From IMG/VR virus record IMGVR_UViG_3300028591_000111: a stretch of DNA of 64,000 nucleotides, one strand, 5' to 3'. A program made the translations under genes and the position numbers. Positions 1 to 9,808 of this stretch are shown one piece after another. Source of the stretch: an uncultured virus (IMG/VR IMGVR_UViG_3300028591_000111). Lineage: Duplodnaviria > Heunggongvirae > Uroviricota > Caudoviricetes. Position 1 is the stretch's first letter. Each line of letters begins with the position of its first letter. The notes beneath the pieces are model-generated. The model saw nothing but the letters and a program-made list of their open reading frames with translations, was not told where the DNA came from and did no database searches.

Positions 1-690
1 AGTCCCAGTTTCCATACTAGGATCTATGCTATCTGCCATCATAATAGCACCATAAGCAGTTTCACAGGCACTACCTATAACGATTATATTTCCTAATACA
101 GTATCACTGCTTGCTTCGTATATAGAATAATCCGATTGCACACGATAAAGACGATCTTTAATAGCTAGGATTAAATCAAAATCCTCATTATCACGCTTCA
201 ACGATTCTGCATGAACTTTTAATTTTGGAATGAATGTTTGGATTAAGTCTATAATTAGCTTATCGTCTGCCTTGTATTCATCCTCTGGCAAACCATCAAA
301 CAAAGTGTCGTCTGACATTAAAAGATTCGCCATACGAACAGACCCAGCGCATCCAATCACAATATCTTTCCTGTCACACGGATTGAAAACTTTTGGTGTG
401 TCTGTCGCAGAATGATGTGAATCATAAGATACGCCACAATCCGCGCCGATATAACAGCACCGATATTGCTTATCAATTACACCAATACAAACAGTCATTT
501 CAAATTCTCCATTCAAATTCTCCATGTCCCACTCTTTTTTAAACTCTTTTTCCCATGCTTCATGTTCTTTCATCATCCTACACCATTTCATTATTTGGTA
601 CACAGCGACAACTGTGCTAACAACAATTACAACAACACCTAAGAGAAGCACAAGATAACCCAAAATCTCTTTACTGTTTTCTGTAAACAT
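1..690 (-). CDS. N-terminal TM segment fused in frame to an Ntn-hydrolase (HslV/proteasome beta-like Thr protease); runs off the window start
   Basis: Translated by hand (not in ORF track): MFTENSKEILGYLVLLLGVVVIVVSTVVAVYQ...NGEFE-MTVCIGVIDKQYRCCYIGADCG...TPKVF...IGCAGSVR...IGSA. Thr1, GAD, K and AGS motifs typical of the family. Internal ATG at 498 has a GGAG SD. Confidence 0.7.
   Translation of the reverse strand, partial: MFTENSKEILGYLVLLLGVVVIVVSTVVAVYQIMKWCRMMKEHEAWEKEFKKEWDMENLNGEFEMTVCIGVIDKQYRCCYIGADCGVSYDSHHSATDTPKVFNPCDRKDIVIGCAGSVRMANLLMSDDTLFDGLPEDEYKADDKLIIDLIQTFIPKLKVHAESLKRDNEDFDLILAIKDRLYRVQSDYSIYEASSDTVLGNIIVIGSACETAYGAIMMADSIDPSMETGT
500..525. repeat. 13-bp perfect tandem duplication (ATGGAGAATTTGA x2 on the minus strand)
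   Basis: tcaaattctccat at 500-512 and 513-525. Confidence 0.95.
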
Positions 691-698
691 TGTATATC

Positions 699-1004
699 CT
701 ATACATTTGATGTAAACATCCAGCCAGACTTTGTAGGCAAAGTGAATGGATATTTCTCTATCTCATAGCACCCTAAAAGAATTGGAATATCAAATTCGTC
801 AAGCATTTTAAATAAAGACACAGTTACCGTCAATTCTTCTTCATTATATATTTGTTGACTTAGTTGATTCTCGTATCGTTCAACTGCTAATTTAAGACGA
901 AATATAGCTTCATCTTCGTCCAAATTTCTTAATTCTGGTTTAAGATGATAAGTGCAGCAGTTCTCTGTATAAGTTATAGATGTTTGTATTTGGTAACTAG
1001 GCAT
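699..1004 (-). CDS. hypothetical protein
   Basis: ORF in co-oriented array with SD. Confidence 0.7.
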   Translation of the reverse strand: MPSYQIQTSITYTENCCTYHLKPELRNLDEDEAIFRLKLAVERYENQLSQQIYNEEELTVTVSLFKMLDEFDIPILLGCYEIEKYPFTLPTKSGWMFTSNV

Positions 1005-1019
1005 GGTTGTTTTCCTATA

Positions 1020-1202
1020 TTAGTTCATGGTAATGTCTATTTCAACAGCCTTGTTATCTTCTATTCTAGCATTAACAATCGGGTGTATGTATTTTTTAAA
1101 GCCTACCATATAAGTAATTTGCACCTCTTTGTCGGGGTTAAATTGCTTTAATACCTCGATTAACTCACTAACAGTCAGTGGCTTATACTCATCATTTACC
1201 AT
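1020..1202 (-). CDS. small MKV(K/R)EL-family phage protein
   Basis: TVSELIEVLKQFNPDKEV motif shared with 11499, 15167, 18994, 19192. Confidence 0.75.
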   Translation of the reverse strand: MVNDEYKPLTVSELIEVLKQFNPDKEVQITYMVGFKKYIHPIVNARIEDNKAVEIDITMN

Positions 1203-1205
1203 TGT

Positions 1206-1487
1206 TTATTCTCCATGTTCACTTTCACAGTCTGAAAAATTTCCAGTTTCGTAACAATGATATTCTGGATTGTTCTTTGTTATCCACTTCAAACCATAGC
1301 CAGACATGACAGATTCAAGTGTGATACAAGGGGATTCTACTCCACCAAAGAAATCATTTTTGGCGCACAGCGGATCACAATATACATCCCCAGTATATGG
1401 ATCTACTACAATCGGTTCGCCAGATCTTATTTCTTTATTACATAGACGGCACTTCATGATTTTTACTATATCTCGTTTATGTCCCAA
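1206..1487 (-). CDS. zinc-finger protein (CxxC...YCxxxC)
   Basis: CRLC...YCDPLC. Confidence 0.7.
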   Translation of the reverse strand: MGHKRDIVKIMKCRLCNKEIRSGEPIVVDPYTGDVYCDPLCAKNDFFGGVESPCITLESVMSGYGLKWITKNNPEYHCYETGNFSDCESEHGE

Positions 1488-1864
1488 AATTTTCCGAAAG
1501 CACTAACATGCTTCCATTGCCATTTTGCAGTAGAAATGAACGACGGCCATGTAGTTGCCATTTTCTCTTTAGCCATCTCACATAACCACGTTCTCTTTTT
1601 GGAATCCGTTAATTCTAACGCATCACAAACTTTCTTTTCCTCATCCCAACCAAACTGAAATATATCTGCCATTACTTGTTTATAACCTTCACAAGACAAG
1701 TTCGCTATATGTGGATCATTATAAGGATGTGTACGCAGACGATCTTGCTCTTTGTAAACTAAAATAAGAGTGTCCACAGCAATATCCACCTTTGCCCTAT
1801 AATCAGATTCATTCTTTATTTTCTCTAATTGCTCATTTATAGAATAATAAGATGGCATAAGCAC
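1466..1864 (-). CDS. hypothetical protein
   Basis: ORF in array. Confidence 0.65.
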   Translation of the reverse strand: MLMPSYYSINEQLEKIKNESDYRAKVDIAVDTLILVYKEQDRLRTHPYNDPHIANLSCEGYKQVMADIFQFGWDEEKKVCDALELTDSKKRTWLCEMAKEKMATTWPSFISTAKWQWKHVSAFGKFWDINEI

Positions 1865-1868
1865 TCCT

Positions 1869-2084
1869 TTAGTCCGCTAGGGTCTTTTCTAATTCCTCAA
1901 TATACACCCAACGTATTACGTCTATCAGTTCATAATAGAACTCATTATCAGGCGTATTAAGACACCACCTACTATATGTTTTGTTCGATTCCCAACACAA
2001 AACCTCATAATGATCTTGCATATCGCAGAAGCACATTGTGTATGATTCTGGAATGTCGTTGTTCTTTGTGTATTTCCACTTCAT
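1869..2084 (-). CDS. DUF551-like 'MxW' family protein
   Basis: MKWKY...P...VIRWVYIEEL pattern shared with several paralogs. Confidence 0.65.
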   Translation of the reverse strand: MKWKYTKNNDIPESYTMCFCDMQDHYEVLCWESNKTYSRWCLNTPDNEFYYELIDVIRWVYIEELEKTLAD

Positions 2085-2112
2085 TATGTTTACCTTTAAA
2101 TTATTTCTACTT

Positions 2113-2568
2113 CTACCATGAGAAAATTATTTCAAGTATATCTTTGTTCCAATCAAAGCATATACCTTTGTTAATATCTTTAACACACCTATATAATAAT
2201 CGCATACATTCCCAGTAATCACAATTATATTCAAGAAACCTAGAATTATGATTGTATTTACAAAGCGAATTATTAAAAAGCAGTTTATGGTTGTCTGGTG
2301 ATTCGTGAAACATAGAACGATCATAACTACTTAGTTCTTTTTTTAAAACATTTTCTAGTTTTTGAATCTGATCTTGCGTTACATTAATAATACAGTTATG
2401 TTTATCATCAACAACTATACCGAAATATGTGAAAAGAAAACTAGACTCTAATACTTTACCAATATTTCCCATATAACTAAGAGAGCTAGAATTTTCTATA
2501 TCCCCAAGATACCTAACATAACGAGAATCAAGTTTAGAAGTAGCTCTAAATTCAATGTTTAAAGACAT
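2113..2568 (-). CDS. hypothetical protein (distant paralog of 22023..22421)
   Basis: Start moved to MSLNIEF after GGAG SD; C-terminal YWE...FDW...W shared with 22023. Confidence 0.65.
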   Translation of the reverse strand: MSLNIEFRATSKLDSRYVRYLGDIENSSSLSYMGNIGKVLESSFLFTYFGIVVDDKHNCIINVTQDQIQKLENVLKKELSSYDRSMFHESPDNHKLLFNNSLCKYNHNSRFLEYNCDYWECMRLLYRCVKDINKGICFDWNKDILEIIFSW

Positions 2569-2600
2569 GATTATTGCTCCATAATGTTTATTGTTTGTTC

Positions 2601-2819
2601 TCAATCGACTAACTCATCGACACTAATCCAGTATTCTATGTCGCTCTGGCTTTCTTTGTACGACACCATAGGATCATTGCAAAGATGCCATGAAACAAAA
2701 TACCCGTCTTTGAACGGATAGACAACATCTTTATCGCAGCTTGTTCGTTTTACAACAATTGGCTTAAAAGATAATTATTTTGGTATTTGTTCGTCTGAAA
2801 ACTTGTGCCAATTACACAT
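2601..2819 (-). pseudogene. DUF551-like gene with in-frame TAA at codon 15
   Basis: MCNWHKFSDEQIPK*LSFKPIVVK...DIEYWISVDELVD*; frame continues with the family-typical W end. Confidence 0.75.
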
Positions 2820-2832
2820 TGTTCACGCTCCA

Positions 2833-3324
2833 TTAAGAAAACTGTATTTTTTTTCCAAAAGTACTTTCAAATTTTTCTGCACACTCGTTCCAATATTCAA
2901 TATCTCTATATCCTTCGTACTCGTTAGCGCATTCCTTAGAGCAATAAACATTCTCATCATGAAAATACAAATCATCTCTATTAAAAGGTTTTTTGCAGTT
3001 TGGGCAAACAGAATCTTTTGTGATGTGGATATAATTATCCAGATCATCTAGCTCACCGCTTTCTTTTGCACATTTCTTCGAGCAAAGCATAATAACAGGG
3101 TCGGCAATATAAATATTGCTCCTGAAAGGCTTTTTACAATGCATACAAACTGATTCTTTCGTAAGAATGTGTTCGCCACTATCCAAGCAATCGTCACAAA
3201 GCCATTCAAGATAAGGGTCATTACACCACCACTTCAATGCGGCTTTTACGCTATCTCTTTTGTGACAATGAGAACATAGCGGCAATTTGCCTTCTTTCAA
3301 ATACATTTCAAGATCATTATTCAT
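2833..3324 (-). CDS. multi-zinc-finger protein
   Basis: CSHC/CDDC plus two CxxC...CSKxC units. Confidence 0.75.
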   Translation of the reverse strand: MNNDLEMYLKEGKLPLCSHCHKRDSVKAALKWWCNDPYLEWLCDDCLDSGEHILTKESVCMHCKKPFRSNIYIADPVIMLCSKKCAKESGELDDLDNYIHITKDSVCPNCKKPFNRDDLYFHDENVYCSKECANEYEGYRDIEYWNECAEKFESTFGKKIQFS

Positions 3325-3335
3325 GACGGCTTTCC

Positions 3336-3881
3336 TTATATAGTATTTTCAATCATTTCATCACACATAAAAGTGAAATCTATGTATTTCTCACCACACT
3401 TAGAGTATGTCTCACCACACGTAAAGCCTTCTTTGAAGTTGCTGATAAAAGTCTTAGTACACTTTATTTCTTCTAACATAATATCACCATTATCTATATA
3501 ATATTTTTTTATTACAGAAGGTACAGAAATGTTATCACATATTTTTTGAAACCAAGTCTCTAAACACTGTTTTATCTCTCTATCATTATCTGTCTTAATA
3601 AGCATGGAGCAATGGATTTTATAGTCTCCTTTTTTATTAACTCTCGGCACAGAGTAATAATCATAAAAGAATTTCGGCTCATACCCTTCTTCAACACCAT
3701 TACTTAAATCACTGCCAAAAAATGTGTTAGGGAATAAACCTACTCTATCCCTAGTTACCTCAAATGTAGGTAAATCTATACTGGTTATTGGAAACCAAAC
3801 ATCCTTCTTATCACAGTGTATGGACTCAGGTATGCTTAATCCTAATTCTAAGTAGTAGTCTCTATAATTTAATCCTGACAT
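3336..3881 (-). CDS. hypothetical protein
   Basis: 181-aa ORF in array. Confidence 0.7.
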   Translation of the reverse strand: MSGLNYRDYYLELGLSIPESIHCDKKDVWFPITSIDLPTFEVTRDRVGLFPNTFFGSDLSNGVEEGYEPKFFYDYYSVPRVNKKGDYKIHCSMLIKTDNDREIKQCLETWFQKICDNISVPSVIKKYYIDNGDIMLEEIKCTKTFISNFKEGFTCGETYSKCGEKYIDFTFMCDEMIENTI

Positions 3882-3884
3882 AAT

Positions 3885-4223
3885 TTAATACTCCTCTAAA
3901 TCAAAATTCCATCTCTCAGCAGCATGAATGCAGCTTTTAAAAGCTAAATTAAATACATCTATACACTCATCTAACACATACATGGTTGCTGTTTTGTAAA
4001 GCTGACTTAACTCATACTGAATTTTATTTAATAGCATATCGTTTACTAAGTCATTATAATGCTTCTTATATATTTTTTTAATGTGAGGCCAGAGTGCATT
4101 ATAAAGAGTATTATAGTCGTACTCTAAAGAGGCTTTGCTTACTGTTCTAACAAAGTCCTCATAACTCTCTTGAGTATGCTCTTTTTGTATTATTAATCCT
4201 TCACCAAACATAACTACTCCCAA
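3885..4223 (-). CDS. hypothetical protein
   Basis: ORF in array. Confidence 0.65.
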   Translation of the reverse strand: MGVVMFGEGLIIQKEHTQESYEDFVRTVSKASLEYDYNTLYNALWPHIKKIYKKHYNDLVNDMLLNKIQYELSQLYKTATMYVLDECIDVFNLAFKSCIHAAERWNFDLEEY

Positions 4224-4280
4224 TATTTCTCTTTCTCTACCACTTGTCTGATAATCTCTCTTTCTCTTTCCTGCATTTCT

Positions 4281-4361
4281 CTAACAGAGCTGACTGTGTA
4301 TTCCTTCACAATCCCAAAAAGAGATTTCAACAGTTACCTTATACAGCTTTGTGTTTTTCAT
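4281..4361 (-). pseudogene. truncated copy of 5110..5328
   Basis: MKNTKLYKVTVEISFWD... vs MENTKLYNLTIELSFRD; same GGAGAGTAAACAATG junction. Confidence 0.6.
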
Positions 4362-4364
4362 TGT

Positions 4365-4619
4365 TTACTCTCCAATAATTTGGGATAACATTTCTTTTGC
4401 TAGATCCAAATTCTCATTATCGTTACGAGAATCATATATGCATGTACACTTGTAACCATTTCGACAATCTGTAATTGTATAATAATCGGTTATATCTTTA
4501 TTGCACTCAAAATTTAGCCTAGATGTTTCAATACATAGCCTGTAATCTCCATAATTATCTCTTTCGACATTTCCATCTTTGAGATAATACTTTACAATAT
4601 AGTTGTAGTCGCAGTTCAT
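4365..4619 (-). CDS. hypothetical protein
   Basis: ORF in array. Confidence 0.65.
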   Translation of the reverse strand: MNCDYNYIVKYYLKDGNVERDNYGDYRLCIETSRLNFECNKDITDYYTITDCRNGYKCTCIYDSRNDNENLDLAKEMLSQIIGE

Positions 4620-4621
4620 GT

Positions 4622-5098
4622 TTATTCACCTTCTGCATTGTCAATCAAATTTAAAATCCTATCCTTTGCAATATCCCAGTCTTTAATAGTGCCATCACCG
4701 TCTATTGTAATATAAATATTATCTCCACAATTTGATGAATTAATTTCCAAAAATTCTGGCACATAAGGACGATTAGCATCATCTGAATCCCAAAGAACAT
4801 TATCATTATCACCTATAATCTGATAACGACCGTCATCACAAACTTTAAAAAATGTATTAATACAAAAATCTTTTTTCCAATTCTCAATTTTTCCTGTCTC
4901 AAAATCTATAACCAAACACCAATACCAGTTTTGTTCTTCGTCTAAAAATTCAACACAAGGAATCACTTTTCTAACTAATAAATCATTCTCGTCTGTGTCG
5001 TCTTGTTCTATCCATGTAACACCATTGTCTGTTGAGTATTTACAATCAACCCAATACCTAACACCTGCCTGAATCTTTATTTTTGTTGGAATGTTCAT
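4622..5098 (-). CDS. conserved phage hypothetical protein
   Basis: AGVRYW...ID.ETG.I.NW...KVCD.G.Y...YVP pattern typical of a widespread phage family. Confidence 0.75.
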   Translation of the reverse strand: MNIPTKIKIQAGVRYWVDCKYSTDNGVTWIEQDDTDENDLLVRKVIPCVEFLDEEQNWYWCLVIDFETGKIENWKKDFCINTFFKVCDDGRYQIIGDNDNVLWDSDDANRPYVPEFLEINSSNCGDNIYITIDGDGTIKDWDIAKDRILNLIDNAEGE

Positions 5099-5109
5099 AC
5101 ACTATTCTC

Positions 5110-5328
5110 CTATTCTTTTTGATGTAACTCTTTAATAGGTCTATTTATAGACTCAGAGATTTGCTTCTTAATTACAACATACCCAGAATCTCTTGAGAAT
5201 TTCCTTATAACATCCTCTAAAGACTCAAAGAGCTGCTTTCTGTTTTCCTTATCAACTTCATAATTATCACAAAAAATATCACGGAAAGAAAGCTCTATTG
5301 TTAGATTATACAGTTTTGTGTTTTCCAT
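5110..5328 (-). CDS. hypothetical protein
   Basis: ORF with SD. Confidence 0.65.
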   Translation of the reverse strand: MENTKLYNLTIELSFRDIFCDNYEVDKENRKQLFESLEDVIRKFSRDSGYVVIKKQISESINRPIKELHQKE

Positions 5329-5331
5329 TGT

Positions 5332-5775
5332 TTACTCTCCTTCTTTTTCTGGAAACCAAGGCAAATATTCGTCTGGATCACTTAACGCAGTCCATTCTTC
5401 ATTATCTATATTAAGAGAGACACATTCATGCGAGCAATATATTTCATCTGAGGTTTGGCCAAAAATTAACTCATCCCCAGCCTCTATTGTTTTTCCACAA
5501 TTGAAACAATCACAAGTATCTCTGTTCTCTATAAGCGAGAATGTTTCATCTGTGATAAGATCAATTCCTTTAATCACAAATTTTCTTATCTTGTATTCAT
5601 ACCTAGTATTTCTATTCATTAGGTCTTTTAAACCTGATTTTGCTTTTCCTAAATCTGCATACTTATGATGAAACAACCATCCATTAGGATCATCTTTTAA
5701 TTGTTTTGATCTTAAACAAATAATATAAATAGTTTGGATGTAATTTTCCCCATATATATTTAAGTCGGTTCGCAT
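5332..5775 (-). CDS. protein with C-terminal zinc finger
   Basis: CFNC...YCSHEC. Confidence 0.7.
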   Translation of the reverse strand: MRTDLNIYGENYIQTIYIICLRSKQLKDDPNGWLFHHKYADLGKAKSGLKDLMNRNTRYEYKIRKFVIKGIDLITDETFSLIENRDTCDCFNCGKTIEAGDELIFGQTSDEIYCSHECVSLNIDNEEWTALSDPDEYLPWFPEKEGE

Positions 5776-5807
5776 GGCGGCATCTCCTATATCTATTTTA
5801 GCTGACT

Positions 5808-6071
5808 TTAATACTTACCATTAAAGACACTAAACATTGTATTAGCTCTTTTACCAGAATAGTGCCTAACCTCTGTTATGTATTCTTCATTATAAACCAT
5901 GCAATATTTTTGCTTCGGTTTTGCTGTAAATCCCAAAAGAGTAAAAACTCCATTTTCATCCACACCTCTAAAAGTATAAAACTTTTTTCCTTTGTGTTTT
6001 CTGTATTTCAAAAACGCTTTCTTTAAACGTTTTAAATATTGCCTTTTATTCATTTTTATTCTCCTTACCAA
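5808..6071 (-). CDS. basic hypothetical protein (paralog of 18697..18981)
   Basis: Shared FTA.PKQK.C..Y motif. Confidence 0.65.
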   Translation of the reverse strand: MVRRIKMNKRQYLKRLKKAFLKYRKHKGKKFYTFRGVDENGVFTLLGFTAKPKQKYCMVYNEEYITEVRHYSGKRANTMFSVFNGKY

Positions 6072-6411
6072 ACGCCTTTAAATACTTATGCTTATTTCTA
6101 AGCATATCTGAATAATCCAATGCTTCTTTCATCACAGAGAAGTATTCGTTTACGGCATCGGGCTTAAAACGAGCTAGGTCTATTATAGCATCTATTCTTA
6201 TCATCACATCTTCTATGAATGTTTTACCATCTGATGTAAATTTAAAAGTAATAACATAATTACCACACTCTGTCTGCTTCACCATTATAGGGATATGAAA
6301 AGCCATACTGGTTGGCAACAGGTGTAACACAGCGAGTATGTGATCTACCTTATCTGACAATTCTTTGGACAGCAAATTATATCCATAGTCTGCAATATTA
6401 TCAATACTCAT
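6046..6411 (-). CDS. hypothetical protein, tandem paralog of 6408..6788
   Basis: LP...P...TF...F...M.EAL.S shared. Confidence 0.7.
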   Translation of the reverse strand: MSIDNIADYGYNLLSKELSDKVDHILAVLHLLPTSMAFHIPIMVKQTECGNYVITFKFTSDGKTFIEDVMIRIDAIIDLARFKPDAVNEYFSVMKEALDYSDMLRNKHKYLKAFGKENKNE

Positions 6412-6788
6412 TCGTCGTCATCCTCAATTGTAAAGCGTGGTATATCTTCATTTTTAAGACCTTTACGCTTTATAATGGCGTCCCTTTTAGCTTCTTCAGA
6501 AAACAATGCTTCATTCATCAGGCTAGTGAACTCAACAAAATCCTCTTTTTTAGTAAGAACACACTTTTCTAAAAGCACAGGATCTATACAATAACGCTGT
6601 CTATAAGTTCCACTATCATCCAGAATAAATGTTACTGCAAAGAAATTTGAAATTCTAACTACACTAATAGGTAATTTCCAATTCAATTCTTCTGGCAAAC
6701 ACTTTAGGATATAAAGATTATTACAAATCCTTCTTGACAAGTCGAACGGAATCCAAGACATTTTTTCAAATTCTTCTTCAATAATCAT
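6408..6788 (-). CDS. hypothetical protein, tandem paralog of 6046..6411
   Basis: Same shared motifs; ATGA overlap. Confidence 0.7.
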   Translation of the reverse strand: MIIEEEFEKMSWIPFDLSRRICNNLYILKCLPEELNWKLPISVVRISNFFAVTFILDDSGTYRQRYCIDPVLLEKCVLTKKEDFVEFTSLMNEALFSEEAKRDAIIKRKGLKNEDIPRFTIEDDDE

Positions 6789-7405
6789 GTTTTATTCTCC
6801 AATGCTTTTTCATAGTTAGCATCAATCATTCGCCGATAAGAACGAATATCCGCATCGACATCCAAATGAGCGCCAATATCACCTAAAGAACACCATGCTA
6901 TAACTCTATCCGCAATAACATCATTATTATCCAATGAGACAAACATATTTATTCCGTCAATGCAAACATACTTTGCAATACAAGTTTTCTGCCACCCGTC
7001 TTTGTTTTTTGTTTTAACCATATAAAGTGTATCTAACTCAGGTTCTTCTCCGTCGCTGTCGTAATGCCATCTAATATCAATATGATTTTTAATGGTATAT
7101 GGATCGCGCAAACGTTCTCCTGAGTATATATCACCTAAAGTATCATTAACAGTTTGGCTTTCAACAATAACTTCAACTATTTTAAAATCAAATTCTTTTG
7201 TCTTATCATCATTAACCAAAGAACTAAATATTTTATTTGCGTCATCATATTTTTCATAAGTTTGTCTTATTTGAAAATTTTCATCAACTTGTTCACAAGG
7301 CATCCAACACCAATAACTTTGTGTTTTCTTTTTTTGACAAACTACATAGAATTTTTCAAAAGTATCATCTTTTGACATTGACACACGAGAAAGATAGTCG
7401 CTCAT
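6785..7405 (-). CDS. two-domain protein with C-terminal DUF551-like module
   Basis: Internal IRWHY...P...VIAWC. Confidence 0.7.
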   Translation of the reverse strand: MSDYLSRVSMSKDDTFEKFYVVCQKKKTQSYWCWMPCEQVDENFQIRQTYEKYDDANKIFSSLVNDDKTKEFDFKIVEVIVESQTVNDTLGDIYSGERLRDPYTIKNHIDIRWHYDSDGEEPELDTLYMVKTKNKDGWQKTCIAKYVCIDGINMFVSLDNNDVIADRVIAWCSLGDIGAHLDVDADIRSYRRMIDANYEKALENKT

Positions 7406-7408
7406 TTT

Positions 7409-7666
7409 TTATCTCCTTTGTTTTTCTGGCGTTCCGTGCGCCACCATATATTTTATTTTTTTTCCTTTTCTAAGATACGTCGCTTCAACTATTTCTATAA
7501 CATTGCTGCATCGCCAAGATTGTAATGTTTCTCTTTTCTCTTTTGCAGAATAGCACCACGCTTCTTTTGTTTCGTTGTCGAAAATTCCTTTGAGATGCCA
7601 GCAACGTTCAAGACCTAAATGTCTTTTCATCATATCATAATAATTAATCTTGATCATACCAACCAC
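7409..7666 (-). CDS. hypothetical protein
   Basis: ORF in array. Confidence 0.6.
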   Translation of the reverse strand: MVGMIKINYYDMMKRHLGLERCWHLKGIFDNETKEAWCYSAKEKRETLQSWRCSNVIEIVEATYLRKGKKIKYMVAHGTPEKQRR

Positions 7667-8024
7667 CTATTATTTTTTGTCCTATATCGTCACTCTTTTG
7701 TTCCTTATACATTGGTATGTGTATTTGCAGCCAATGGAAAGCATCGGATTTAGTCTTTACTTCAGGCATCTCTATCCAAGGCATGTAATCACAAATAGCT
7801 TTTATGAGATTAAGCTGTTTATTCGTTGGCGGTTCTATATAATCGTCATCCTCATCTTCCCAATAACAATGACTGTCTGCACAAGTAATATTACTAACTA
7901 TGATTTTCTCACAGTGATTCAGACATTCAATGCTACAATAAAGTTCATTATATTCGTTTTTATAAACCTCGTCACCGTCATATAATTTCTTGTCGCAGTA
8001 AGTACAAACGTAATAAGGTTTCAT
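7644..8024 (-). CDS. zinc finger plus PTxKQ module protein
   Basis: CTYC...YCSIEC; PTNKQLNLIKAIC. Confidence 0.7.
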   Translation of the reverse strand: MKPYYVCTYCDKKLYDGDEVYKNEYNELYCSIECLNHCEKIIVSNITCADSHCYWEDEDDDYIEPPTNKQLNLIKAICDYMPWIEMPEVKTKSDAFHWLQIHIPMYKEQKSDDIGQKIIGGWYDQD

Positions 8025-8611
8025 TGCCAGTCTCCACAGTTATCAATAAGGTCTGAATTGTTAGCTTCCCATTCTAATTCATTCTCATCGCATTTCCTTT
8101 TATAGAATGGAACGAAGTGATTTAACCATACAGTAGCTTCACCCTTTGTTTTAGGTTCTTTATATTCTATCTCTAAGACCTCACAGATTCCTTTTATATA
8201 ACTTAGCTGTTTTTCTGTTGGTGATGTTTTATTCTTATCTAAGGCATCATCACATTTCTTATTGTATTTTTCCATGTTGTCAACTATCCAAGCAGAAGCT
8301 ACCACACTTGTTTCTGGCTCATTATACACCTTATTTAAAGCCTCACACATTCCTTTTATAGTGTCTATCTGCATCTCTGTTGGCTGCGTCATATCATCTT
8401 TGGATATCGGAATAATAACATTGTTCTGCATATCAAGTTCAAACACTTCAACAAGCACTGGCTTATAAGTAATATACTTATATTCTTTTACCTTGCATCT
8501 TAACGAAATCGGAACAGATGAGCCATAACGTGAAGTATGTACTTTACGAAAAATGGTTTGTTTTGGATCATTATAGTGTGTTATTGACAAATACAGTTTG
8601 TTGCTATCCAT
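8021..8611 (-). CDS. protein with two PTE(M/K)Q..IKG.C repeats
   Basis: Internal repeat; start moved to MDSNK after GGAG SD. Confidence 0.7.
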   Translation of the reverse strand: MDSNKLYLSITHYNDPKQTIFRKVHTSRYGSSVPISLRCKVKEYKYITYKPVLVEVFELDMQNNVIIPISKDDMTQPTEMQIDTIKGMCEALNKVYNEPETSVVASAWIVDNMEKYNKKCDDALDKNKTSPTEKQLSYIKGICEVLEIEYKEPKTKGEATVWLNHFVPFYKRKCDENELEWEANNSDLIDNCGDWQ

Positions 8612-9329
8612 TGATATTTCTCCGATTGTGTTTTGCACAGCCACATGACTTAACGTTATCTTTTCGCTTCAAAGCAATTTCTCTTATTTCTTTTTCTGCA
8701 CCGCAATCACATCTGCAAAGCCATTTGCGATAATGACGACTGCCACAATGATCGTAGCCTGCAAATTTAACGACTGTTAGATGATCAAAGATTTTGCCAG
8801 TCAAATCTTCCTTTAACTTTTTTATTGTTTCGACAGGTTTAAATTCTTTGTTGCATCCACATGATTTTGTATTTTCACTCGTTAGGCTGCCAGTGGTTAC
8901 AACCGTTTTGTTTCCACAATCGCACTGACATAACCATGATGTTTGACCTTTTTGTTCTTCATAGAAACAACATGTCTTTATGCCACCTAAATCTTTTACA
9001 ATATCAATAGTCTTAGAAGCTTTCCAATCAACCTTGTTCAGAACTGTCAACATTCCGAATCGCATCCCAGTCAAATCTAAATTCTTTTTCATCCGACAGC
9101 CACATGAAGTCATTGATTTTAGATTTCGACTTTCCAATATAACTTGGTTGCCACATTCACACTGACACAAATATTGTTTATAATGTGGTTTGCGTTCAAA
9201 TACTTTGTCTTGTTTCACGTCGCAATATGTTTGCGTAATGACAACTTTTGTGGCATCGCCCCAATTCATTTCTTTTAACACCGTAAGCATACCGAATTGG
9301 CGACCGATGATACTGTTTGTTCGAGGCAT
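8604..9329 (-). CDS. G.RFG.LTV/CxCDCG/SCGC repeat protein (3 repeats), putative DNA-binding, no nuclease domain seen
   Basis: Repeat type found N-terminal in many phage HNH/AP2 homing endonucleases. Confidence 0.75.
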   Translation of the reverse strand: MPRTNSIIGRQFGMLTVLKEMNWGDATKVVITQTYCDVKQDKVFERKPHYKQYLCQCECGNQVILESRNLKSMTSCGCRMKKNLDLTGMRFGMLTVLNKVDWKASKTIDIVKDLGGIKTCCFYEEQKGQTSWLCQCDCGNKTVVTTGSLTSENTKSCGCNKEFKPVETIKKLKEDLTGKIFDHLTVVKFAGYDHCGSRHYRKWLCRCDCGAEKEIREIALKRKDNVKSCGCAKHNRRNING

Positions 9330-9339
9330 AATCGACTCC

Positions 9340-9446
9340 TAAAAATCTGCACCGCGCAAATTCTGATAAAGCTGATCAAAACATTCAATCAGCTATTTCG
9401 CAACATTATCACAAGCGTTTTAGATTGTCAATAATTTTTTGACAAT
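9340..9446 (-). promoter_or_regulatory. sigma70-like promoter TTGACA-N17-GATAAT with overlapping ATTGTCAA-N7-TTGACAAT palindrome and AGCTG/CAGCT leader hairpin
   Basis: Read directly; palindrome at 9424-9446. Confidence 0.7.
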
Positions 9447-9453
9447 TTTTCTA

Positions 9454-9804
9454 TTAGTCATTATCACAATCGTCGTCGATAAACTCAGGCTCTCCGCGCC
9501 AATCAAAAATATAGCCATAATGCTCACACAGACATTTAGCAGAACAAAATTTTAAAGCAGGAAGATCCCCAAACAAATCGTTGTTTAGCCAGAAAGCATT
9601 GTGCGAGATTAATTGTCGTCCACAATGGTCACATTTTAATTCTGAAATAATTGGAATGTTATAGTAATAGTCATAATAATCACACAAGCAGTCTGGTGAG
9701 CAAAAAACAGGGCAATTCGCCTCGCCATCGTTTTTAGACCAAGCCTTTTCTCTGTATTGTATTTCGTCATCGCAGCAATGACAGAATATTTCGTTTTTTC
9801 TCAT
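9454..9804 (-). CDS. double zinc-finger protein
   Basis: Two CxxC...FCSxxC units. Confidence 0.75.
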   Translation of the reverse strand: MRKNEIFCHCCDDEIQYREKAWSKNDGEANCPVFCSPDCLCDYYDYYYNIPIISELKCDHCGRQLISHNAFWLNNDLFGDLPALKFCSAKCLCEHYGYIFDWRGEPEFIDDDCDND

Positions 9805-9808
9805 TGTT

